Of a DNA stretch of 64,000 nucleotides, positions 26,254 through 34,518 are shown piece after piece. The DNA is taken from contig CAUTMI010000002.1 of assembly GCA_963539465.1 (NCBI GenBank), positions 47,168-111,167 of the forward strand, written 5' to 3'. Under the pieces are notes generated by a model. The model had not been told where the DNA came from and ran no database searches. It saw only the letters and a list, made by a program, of their open reading frames with translations. A program made the translations under genes and the position numbers. This DNA comes from an uncultured Candidatus Saccharibacteria bacterium (lineage in GTDB: Bacteria; Patescibacteriota; Saccharimonadia; Saccharimonadales; Saccharimonadaceae). The first letter of the stretch is position 1. Each line of letters begins with the position of its first letter.

Positions 26254-26290
26254 GGCGCCTGGAATTTTTTCCAGGCGCCTTCCCATTTGA
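26254..26290 (+). terminator. GC-rich hairpin after the 430-aa gene
   Basis: GGCGCCTGG (26254-26262) pairs with CCAGGCGCC (26271-26279). The T-tract downstream is weak. Confidence 0.5.
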
Positions 26291-26348
26291 TTTATTCTGC
26301 TTTTGGTTATATACTTTTTAAAAGGTATTTTTAATTAATTTTGAATAT

Positions 26349-29300
26349 ATGACTTCAAGAAGCACTAACACAAAGATTCTCGGAATTATGGCAATTTTGG
26401 CCTGGGTATTTATATTTTCAGCAAAATGTTTTGCTGTCGATCCTCCACAAAATCCTGGCGGAAAACAAGGAGGGGATTCTCAATCTGCAGGAGCATGTCC
26501 TAAGTCATCGGATGGAACTTGCTACAACAGTTTTAATCGCAATGGCGAAGATAATGGTACGGGTGGTGGTGGAGAATGGTTAAGAATACCTAAAAATCAA
26601 ATCAAAACCGACATGAATAGGATTACATACGATTATCTAAGGGGTAATTTTCACATAAGTCGAAAAAGCGGACAGGGTGGTAATATTTCGTGGAAGGGTG
26701 ATCCCCAGGTTATTACTGGTTGCGGTGATGCTGATAATATATATGTATTTATCGGCCATATATTCCAAAACCAACCACCATACCAAGCAAAAAACGAAGG
26801 TTATGGCCCACATAAATTTTATTATTTCTGGTATGGAAATAAAAACGTTCCACCTGAAAAGGGGTATGTTAATCGAGCTGACAAATATCACGCTGATTAT
26901 AATGAAGCAAAAAGCGAATATTTTAAATACCTAAAGCGTACTAATCAGACCGATAATGAGGAGGCTGCTGAAAAAAGGTGGCAAGAGGGTCAATTCTCCT
27001 GGTTCTGCTCCTGGGATGCAGAGAAGAAACCTGATTGCGACCCGAACGACCCGACCTGTAATGATAAAATTATCCCACCAACCCCAACGGCTGGCAGTCT
27101 CAACTGTGGCCGTGATCTTCCTGGCGTCTCCACTTCACCATACAAAGGCAACACCGTTGCCGAATCCGGCGTCATTAATCTCTCCTATACCGGTACCCTA
27201 GATTTTCGTAACTGGCAAAACACCACAAAGGGGAAGAATTTTGTCCTGGCTCGGCCGGGAGACTCAGTCCGTTTCAAACACTCCATGTGTTATACCGCAC
27301 AAGCGGTTGGCCGCAACCTGCAAGGTCGCCCAACTCCAGACAAAGAAAATCATTTCCAAATTTATGCAAAACGCAACGGCAGCGAGGATAGTCGTTATCT
27401 CTTCGGCCAATCTGAACTACTTGACGGCAATCAGCATACTGTCCATGCCCACACTCAGCACCAAATCCGTGGTAACGGTATTGTTTCTGCTGACTACGGC
27501 TTCACTACGGAATCTCCAACTGGTAACCCAAACCCAGATTATCTCTGTAATTCACCAATTTTCACAATCAATAATAACCGCGGCGTGCAGAATGGTTTCC
27601 AGATTCCAGGCTTCGCTACGGGCATTACTAATTGTAATTCCGCCAGCCGCACCACTAACAACTCTGAAGTTGGTAGTGTAATTTCACAAGGTCTGCGCTA
27701 CGACGATATCCGCACCTGGGTTTCCTACACCACTCAGTCTGTCGCTAACTGTGGCTGTGACCGCGATGAGGCATATGAGAATCATTTTAAGCAGACTTCA
27801 TATGATACCGCCGGTACCTCAAGTAGTCCAAGGACCGAATGGGGCCAAAACTACGTCTCTTGTCGCGCCAGTGGTACCTGCCATAAAGGGGAAGACACAA
27901 GATACAAGCCAACCTATACATATGAATTTCCGCTTACTACTGAAAATCGCGGCACCAAAGAAACTGAATCCAAGGTCTATGTCCCATATAATTTCAATAC
28001 CTATGTCACTAGCTTCATCGATGCCGAAGATATCGCTTTCGCTGGTGAGCAGGTTGATATTGGTGGCTCCTATCATATTCTGCCAAGGCAAAACGATGTT
28101 GTCGCAAAGAACGCCTATGCAACTGTTACTTCCAGCAAGGAAACCTTCCGCATTTATGAAATGATTCTCCCAATCTATGCTACTCCAAATACCTTCTCTG
28201 GCAACGAACGCTCTGCTCAAGACGTCTGTCAGTACTACGGTATTTCCAACTGTAATCTCGTTAATACTATCAATGGTCCAATGAACGCCAGTGGTAACTA
28301 CAGTGGTGAAAGTAAAAATACAGGCACCTACTCCCGTACTATCCCAGACAATGAAGAATATGTTGGCTTCAAATATTGTACTGCCACCTCGATCTGGCCA
28401 GCCTCCTCTCATGTCGGTACCACCAATACAGTTGATGAAAACATCAGCGGCCCAGCCATGAATGGTGGTGACGAAAGCAAATACAATGTTTCGGATCTTT
28501 CCTGTATCACTATCGCCAAGAAGCCAAACTTCCAAGTTTGGGGTGGCGGTATGTACACCAACGGCAGTGTTGAAACTTCCGTCAGTAAAAAAGTGCCAGG
28601 CAGCGGCTTCAATCCTTATCCAAATGGCACTGAAAAGATTTTCGGCTCATGGGATGAATATCACGTAATTGCTGGCAGCAATGTTTCCGGCTTTGGCTCT
28701 GGTGCCTCCCTTGGTTATGAAAGGGGCTATCGCTTTGATGTTCCAACTGGCGGCGCCAATCTTAATGACAGTCGCAATAATCTCACTGTCGCAAGTCGCG
28801 GCCGCACCGGCTATTCCGGCGTCCCAGGTCTTCCATCAAGCCTCTTAGCCCGCCTCAAGGCAAGATACCGTGATAATATTGAAAAAATCAGTCGCCTCAA
28901 AATCACCACACACGACACTGGCTTACAGAATGCTTATATCAAAGGTGATGTCAATCTCTCGCAAATTAGTCTTCCAGATTATAATCCAAACGCCGCCAGC
29001 ACACTTGGCGTTATGAAAAATAGTCTCTACAAAACTCTTTCCGCCGACGATTCAAAGAATAACACTCTCGTTCTCTATGTCGACGGTACCCTCAATATTG
29101 ACCAGAATATCTGCTATGCCACCTCTGGATATTACTGCGAAGGCACCTCTTCCACCATACAGAATAATTATGCTGATATTGCCACAAACTCCATCACTAA
29201 GCTCCCTCAAATCCTCATTTTTGCCAAACAAATTAACGTGTCAGATCAGGTGACTCGTATTGATGCCTGGCTCATTCTCGATGAAGATAATGCATCAAAC

Positions 29301-29648
29301 AATCTTAATACTTGTTCAACCTATGCCGAACCTTCAGCTCTCGTCTGCTCGAAAACTCTCGTCTTTAATGGTCCTGTCTTTGCCAAGAGTCTCACCTTAA
29401 GACGTACCGGCGGCGCCAACCATGGTGGCGGTATTGCAACTCGTGACAACGCAGGCTCTCGTGAACTTGGCACCTCCTTCAGGCATCTTCCAGGCGATAC
29501 CTATTACTTCACGGCCAATGATGGCTCAGTCGCACCAGGTGAAATCTTCAACCTTCGTTCAGACGCCTACTACTGGGGTATGGGACAGGCTCAACGCTCG
29601 GGTATTGCGGAAGTCGTCTATCAGCGCGAACTTGCACCACGATACTAA
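26349..29648 (+). CDS. Large secreted Cys-containing hypothetical protein (1099 aa)
   Basis: N-terminal signal/TM segment ILGIMAILAWVFIFSAKCFA and a long uninterrupted ORF. No recognisable catalytic motif. Confidence 0.6.
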   Translation: MTSRSTNTKILGIMAILAWVFIFSAKCFAVDPPQNPGGKQGGDSQSAGACPKSSDGTCYNSFNRNGEDNGTGGGGEWLRIPKNQIKTDMNRITYDYLRGNFHISRKSGQGGNISWKGDPQVITGCGDADNIYVFIGHIFQNQPPYQAKNEGYGPHKFYYFWYGNKNVPPEKGYVNRADKYHADYNEAKSEYFKYLKRTNQTDNEEAAEKRWQEGQFSWFCSWDAEKKPDCDPNDPTCNDKIIPPTPTAGSLNCGRDLPGVSTSPYKGNTVAESGVINLSYTGTLDFRNWQNTTKGKNFVLARPGDSVRFKHSMCYTAQAVGRNLQGRPTPDKENHFQIYAKRNGSEDSRYLFGQSELLDGNQHTVHAHTQHQIRGNGIVSADYGFTTESPTGNPNPDYLCNSPIFTINNNRGVQNGFQIPGFATGITNCNSASRTTNNSEVGSVISQGLRYDDIRTWVSYTTQSVANCGCDRDEAYENHFKQTSYDTAGTSSSPRTEWGQNYVSCRASGTCHKGEDTRYKPTYTYEFPLTTENRGTKETESKVYVPYNFNTYVTSFIDAEDIAFAGEQVDIGGSYHILPRQNDVVAKNAYATVTSSKETFRIYEMILPIYATPNTFSGNERSAQDVCQYYGISNCNLVNTINGPMNASGNYSGESKNTGTYSRTIPDNEEYVGFKYCTATSIWPASSHVGTTNTVDENISGPAMNGGDESKYNVSDLSCITIAKKPNFQVWGGGMYTNGSVETSVSKKVPGSGFNPYPNGTEKIFGSWDEYHVIAGSNVSGFGSGASLGYERGYRFDVPTGGANLNDSRNNLTVASRGRTGYSGVPGLPSSLLARLKARYRDNIEKISRLKITTHDTGLQNAYIKGDVNLSQISLPDYNPNAASTLGVMKNSLYKTLSADDSKNNTLVLYVDGTLNIDQNICYATSGYYCEGTSSTIQNNYADIATNSITKLPQILIFAKQINVSDQVTRIDAWLILDEDNASNNLNTCSTYAEPSALVCSKTLVFNGPVFAKSLTLRRTGGANHGGGIATRDNAGSRELGTSFRHLPGDTYYFTANDGSVAPGEIFNLRSDAYYWGMGQAQRSGIAEVVYQRELAPRY

Positions 29649-29757
29649 AATAAGTAGTCTCGTCCTCGTCAACTTTAATATAAGTAGCCCCCTTCCACGT
29701 CAGCTTGTCAAAACAAAACTCTTATGCTAAATTTATATAAAATAGGTCAACACAAAA

Positions 29758-32349
29758 ATGGATTCTGGAATGCAAAATAATCAACCAAAAACACCTGCTT
29801 CAAGCACGGTAGACGCTGCCATGAAGGCACCACATCCGGGCGGTGACTCTGATTTTGGTCTGAATCCAGAAGACGCCGTCTCAAAGGTTGCTGATAAAAT
29901 CCAACATGCCACCAATATCTTGATCGCCCTCTCTAAAGACCCTAATGTTGATGAGATTTCTGCCGCCATCGCTCTAGCCTTTGTTCTAGACCAGCAAAAG
30001 AAGCACGTTACTGCTATCTATTCCGGCCAGACTCCAAACGCGCTTGAATTTTTGCGCCCTGAAGAAACCTTCCAAAAAGACATTAGTGGCTTGCAAGATT
30101 TTATCATCGCCCTCAATAAGTCGAAGGCCGACCATCTTATCTATCAGGTTGAAGGTGATTATGTCAAAATCCTTATCACCCCATACAAGGGTCAAATCAA
30201 AAAAGAGGATCTAGAATACTCCTATAGTGACTACAATGTTGACCTCGTGATTGTCTTTAATGTTAATTCTGGCAGCGAAATCGACTCCGCCCTCTCTGAA
30301 TATGGGCGTATCATGCATGATGCTATGGCGATTAATATTACCTCCAGTGTGCCGGGTCGCTTTGCAGATCTTGAATGGAGTGATCCATCAAAATCTTCCG
30401 TTTGTGAAATGGTCTATGACTTACTTGGTGAGCTTGAAATTGACAATACTCCACAAGAAGTTGCCACTGCGCTTCTTACTGGTATTCTCTCTGCCACCGA
30501 ACGCTTTTCCAATAATCGCACTAAGCCAACTACAATGGCGGTCGCCTCAAAACTCATGGAAGCCGGCGCCGACCAGCAGCTAATCTCCTCCAATATCTTA
30601 AAAGCAGAGACTGCAGCTGCAGCTGCCGAAAACCCTTTTGCTACCCAATCCCCAATCAAGAATGAAACACCAGCAGCTCCAGCTACCCCAGAAGCACAAG
30701 GGGCTCCAGTAACTCAAGAGACACAAGAGGCTCCAGCGACTCCAACCATTCAAGAAACTCCAGAAGCATCAGCAGCTCCAGCTGCTCAGGCATCCCCAGC
30801 AGCTTCAGCAGCCACTCCAGAAGTCCCAGCCGTTTCGCAGGATTCCGCTGAGACACCACAACTCACTCCCGAACAAGAACTTGAACGTATGTTTGAACAG
30901 AATCAGGCTTCCCAGTCTCAGGCCCCTACTTCAGGTAGCTCACTCCCTGGAAACTCTATGGTTGCCGCCTCGAACGTAATGGACGACTTAGCTCGCCTCA
31001 CTGACTCAATGTTGAGCGCAGAGTCTCCAGCAGCACCAAATGTTACTCCAGCTGCTCCCGTTGAGCCTATAGCTCCAAATATTCCAGCGGTACCAGAAAA
31101 TATCCCAGCAGCCCCAGAAGTACCAGCGGCGACTCCAACTATTCCTGTCGCACCGGAAAATATTCCAGTCGCGCCAGAAAATTCTCCTGCTCCAAATATC
31201 CCTGTCGCACCAGAAAAACCAACTATTCCAGCATCCCCAGCGCAGCCTCAGTATATTCAACCGCAGCCGATGCAATATCAATCAGTACAGCCGCAACCAC
31301 AGCAATATCAGCCTGTGCAACCTCAACCAGAACAGATTCAGCCGATGCCTCAAATGCAGGCCGAATATCAGCCAACTCCTCAATTTGTTCAGCCTGCTAC
31401 ACAACCAATTCAGCCTGCTCCTCAGCCAGCCCAGCCAGCCTTCCGTCCTCAACCAGCTTCAAACCCTGAAATTTATGGTCACACCATCGCCGAACCGGTC
31501 ATAGATTCCGGTGAAGACATGAGTCGTCTGATGGATGAAGCCCTCGCTGAGCCTTCTCCAATCCAGAATCCAATCGGTTACCAGGGAATGATTAATCAAT
31601 CCAACTACATTAATCAGTCTCTTAATCAAAATACTACGCCAAATTATCCGCTTGCTGTTGGTCAGCAACCGGTTACAAATTACCAGCAGGGCCAAAATCT
31701 TGCAACGCTTTCCGCGCCTGCCTTGCCACAAATGCCACAAAATCAGGCCTACCCAAATCCTGAATACTCAAATGTGGTTCCAGAGTACCAAACTCCAGCT
31801 ATGCCGGTTCTCCCTGAGGATCCATCACAGCCGGCTCCACAACCAGTTCAACCTACTCCACAGCCTATCCCACAGCCTGCTCCTCAGCCAGTCCAGCCAG
31901 CTCAACCACAAATGCAGGTTCCAACTCAGCCTGCCCCAGAGCCAATTCAGTCACAGCAGTCAATGGATAGCTACATTCAGGCCACTCCACCAGCCACCAG
32001 CACGCCAATCCCGGATTTTCTTCAGCCCGAATCATTCCTGCCGCCAGCTCCAGCCCCAGTAATTATCGATCAGGCCGCGCCTCCATTCATGCCACCAGCT
32101 ATGCCTGCCCCACAGCCTATCTCACAGCCTATCTCACAGCCTATCTCACAGCCTGCTCCTCAGCCAGTCCAGCCAGCTCAACCACAAATGCAGGTTCCAG
32201 CTCAGCCTATCCCAGCTCCAGCTCAACCACAAATGCAAACTCCAGTCCAGCCAACCCCACAGCCAACTCAGCCGCAGACCCCAGCCGATCCGGCCGCCAA
32301 TCCAGTCAAGGCCGATCCATCTGCTTTTCATATCCCAGGCAGCTACTAG
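29758..32349 (+). CDS. Degenerate DHH/NrnA-like N-domain fused to a long Pro/Gln/Ala-rich tail
   Basis: The first about 270 aa are collinear with DHH-family phosphoesterases found upstream of truB in many bacteria, but the DHH-type His/Asp motifs are not evident. The remaining about 590 aa are PQA-rich with internal repeats. Confidence 0.5.
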   Translation: MDSGMQNNQPKTPASSTVDAAMKAPHPGGDSDFGLNPEDAVSKVADKIQHATNILIALSKDPNVDEISAAIALAFVLDQQKKHVTAIYSGQTPNALEFLRPEETFQKDISGLQDFIIALNKSKADHLIYQVEGDYVKILITPYKGQIKKEDLEYSYSDYNVDLVIVFNVNSGSEIDSALSEYGRIMHDAMAINITSSVPGRFADLEWSDPSKSSVCEMVYDLLGELEIDNTPQEVATALLTGILSATERFSNNRTKPTTMAVASKLMEAGADQQLISSNILKAETAAAAAENPFATQSPIKNETPAAPATPEAQGAPVTQETQEAPATPTIQETPEASAAPAAQASPAASAATPEVPAVSQDSAETPQLTPEQELERMFEQNQASQSQAPTSGSSLPGNSMVAASNVMDDLARLTDSMLSAESPAAPNVTPAAPVEPIAPNIPAVPENIPAAPEVPAATPTIPVAPENIPVAPENSPAPNIPVAPEKPTIPASPAQPQYIQPQPMQYQSVQPQPQQYQPVQPQPEQIQPMPQMQAEYQPTPQFVQPATQPIQPAPQPAQPAFRPQPASNPEIYGHTIAEPVIDSGEDMSRLMDEALAEPSPIQNPIGYQGMINQSNYINQSLNQNTTPNYPLAVGQQPVTNYQQGQNLATLSAPALPQMPQNQAYPNPEYSNVVPEYQTPAMPVLPEDPSQPAPQPVQPTPQPIPQPAPQPVQPAQPQMQVPTQPAPEPIQSQQSMDSYIQATPPATSTPIPDFLQPESFLPPAPAPVIIDQAAPPFMPPAMPAPQPISQPISQPISQPAPQPVQPAQPQMQVPAQPIPAPAQPQMQTPVQPTPQPTQPQTPADPAANPVKADPSAFHIPGSY

Positions 32350-32387
32350 TTTTGACATTGCAGAAAAATCCACTATGATGGTAGGAA

Positions 32388-33152
32388 ATGACAGAAAATA
32401 ATCCCAAAATCCCAAATTCAGTGGTCAGTCATGAAGAAATGGCTAAAATTGAAGCCGAAGTCAGCCCAAGCGACATCATTTTGATTGATAAGCCAGATGG
32501 CCTCAGTTCCTTTGGTGTGGTCGCTCGCGTTCGTCGTGTGCTTTCTAAAAAAGCTGGCAAAAAAGTTAAAGTCGGTCATACTGGTACACTCGACCCCTTT
32601 GCTACTGGTCTTCTGATTTTGCTCGCCAACAAGGCAACCAAGCTCTCCAATCAATTTCTTAAGCTCGATAAGTGGTATGAAGCCACAATCCATCTCGGTA
32701 AGGTTAGCACTACAGGTGATCCCGAAGGTGAAATCACTGATTTTGTACCTGAAACTCCAAGAGAAAATCTCCCGGATCGCGCCGAAATTGAGAAGGTGAT
32801 TGAAAAATTTATCGGCCAGATTCAGCAAACTGTTCCGAGTTTTTCTGCCGTCAAAATCAACGGCCAGCGCGCCTATCAACTTGCCCGTCGTGGTGAAACC
32901 GTAGAGATGCCAACCCGCACCGTCGAAATTTACGCCATCGAAATCCTAGGCTACCATTATCCAGATCTCGTGATTCGCACACATGTCTCTAGTGGCACCT
33001 ACATCCGCACCCTTGGTGAAGATATTGGCAAAGCCTTGAATACCGGCGCCTATCTTACCGCCCTTCGTCGCACTAAAATCGGCGACTTCGATATTGCTGC
33101 CGCCACTAAGCTCGCGGATTTTATGAGTGCAGAAGAAATTCATCAAACATGA
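32388..33152 (+). CDS. truB: tRNA pseudouridine(55) synthase
   Basis: LIDKPDGLSSF and the catalytic motif GHTGTLDPFATGLL. Confidence 0.9.
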   Translation: MTENNPKIPNSVVSHEEMAKIEAEVSPSDIILIDKPDGLSSFGVVARVRRVLSKKAGKKVKVGHTGTLDPFATGLLILLANKATKLSNQFLKLDKWYEATIHLGKVSTTGDPEGEITDFVPETPRENLPDRAEIEKVIEKFIGQIQQTVPSFSAVKINGQRAYQLARRGETVEMPTRTVEIYAIEILGYHYPDLVIRTHVSSGTYIRTLGEDIGKALNTGAYLTALRRTKIGDFDIAAATKLADFMSAEEIHQT

Positions 33153-33194
33153 GCTCTTGTAGAAACTCCTACTCCGTGGTATAATCTCTCCAAT

Positions 33195-33461
33195 ATGATT
33201 ACAAAAGAGAATAAAGCTAAGGCAATTGCTGCTACTGCCCGTGATAAAAAGGACGTCGGTTCTCCAGAGGTTCAGGTTTCTATTTTAACTGAGCGCATCA
33301 AAGAAGTGACTGAACACGTTAAGGCTAACAAGCACGATTTCATGGCTCGCCGTGGACTTATGCAGATGGTTGGTCGCCGCAAACGTCTTCTAAAGTATCT
33401 TGAGAAAACCGACTTCGAACTCTACAAAGGTACAGTCGCAAAACTCGGACTTAGGAAATAA
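33195..33461 (+). CDS. rpsO: 30S ribosomal protein S15
   Basis: 88 aa; GSPEVQVSILTERI...HDFMARRGLMQMVGRRKRLLKYL. Confidence 0.95.
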   Translation: MITKENKAKAIAATARDKKDVGSPEVQVSILTERIKEVTEHVKANKHDFMARRGLMQMVGRRKRLLKYLEKTDFELYKGTVAKLGLRK

Positions 33462-33465
33462 TCAC

Positions 33466-33491
33466 GAAATCCCCGCGCAAGTGGGGATTTT
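33466..33491 (+). terminator. rpsO terminator
   Basis: AAATCCCC/GGGGATTT followed by TT. Confidence 0.7.
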
Positions 33492-33561
33492 TAGTGCACA
33501 AAAATCATAAGTTAAGAAATCATCAGAGTTAAAAACTCAAAGGTCTAAAGGTATTTAGAAT

Positions 33562-33589
33562 TACAAAAGACCCTACAATTGTAGGGTCT
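33562..33589 (-). terminator. Terminator of the 209-aa minus-strand gene
   Basis: GACCCTAC/GTAGGGTC (33569-33588), followed on the minus strand by TTTTG. Confidence 0.65.
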
Positions 33590-33598
33590 CAGGTTCCA

Positions 33599-34228
33599 TT
33601 AGAACAGTTTGTCAAAGTCTTCGACCAGCATTCCGAGTATTTCAACCACTCGCGGTCTTTCGCTCTCGCCATTAAAGTATTCTTCACTGAAGGCATCGAT
33701 CTCGTCTCTGTATCGAGTTGCTGCCAGTGCGATGCTTACCTGAATTTCATGCGGGGTCGGTTTTCTGACCTTGCGGTAGAAAGTGCGGATCTTTGCCGGA
33801 TCAGCGAGACTTTCTGTGCTCCATCTGGTGGAAATCTTCGCGCGGCATTTGTCGTAATCCGGTCGATGTAAATATCTCATTCTCACCTTAGATACATCTT
33901 GTAAAATGTCGTAGATATCGCCTACTGCCCCCTCTCTGCGCTCAATCGCCTGATAGAGCATGACATCTTCATGGAAGAAATAATCTTCCGCCATGTTCTG
34001 CACTAACGAAAACCTCAAGAAGTTCCCCCCGTCCTGCTCGACGTAGAAGAACACGTAGTCGATGTTCAAATCGAGGCGAATCTGTTTTCTGAGTGGCACC
34101 AGCTTCTCCTCAATAAGTCTATTGCGAAACAGATCTCGCGCCTTCTGAATCTCGGTCTCATCCTCACCCGTGAAACCATCCATCTTGATCAAAAGAAAAT
34201 GATTGTCTCTCTGTATCTGCTGTTCCAT
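33599..34228 (-). CDS. Hypothetical protein (209 aa) inserted between rpsO and pnp on the opposite strand
   Basis: A clean ORF with its own terminator and codon usage richer in G/C than its neighbours. No recognisable motif. Confidence 0.55.
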   Translation of the reverse strand: MEQQIQRDNHFLLIKMDGFTGEDETEIQKARDLFRNRLIEEKLVPLRKQIRLDLNIDYVFFYVEQDGGNFLRFSLVQNMAEDYFFHEDVMLYQAIERREGAVGDIYDILQDVSKVRMRYLHRPDYDKCRAKISTRWSTESLADPAKIRTFYRKVRKPTPHEIQVSIALAATRYRDEIDAFSEEYFNGESERPRVVEILGMLVEDFDKLF

Positions 34229-34518
34229 ATTAATGGTCCTTTCTTAATGTGCGTGAATTATCAGTTCAACTTGTTCTAAGGCCGCTCCCCTCCTTTCGGT
34301 CTTCAATAATATACATCTTAGAACATCTTATATTATAACATGAAAACCATAATCTGTAAAACAAACGCCTGAGTTAACATCTCAAGTGCAACACTAACCA
34401 ATAAAAAGAGTTTCATGATACAATTAATCCATAACAATAAAGGGGAAGACGGCGGATAAGTCTTCTAGACCCAGCTTTTCTAGAGTAGTTATCTGGTGTT
34501 TTCCCAAGAAAGGAATCA

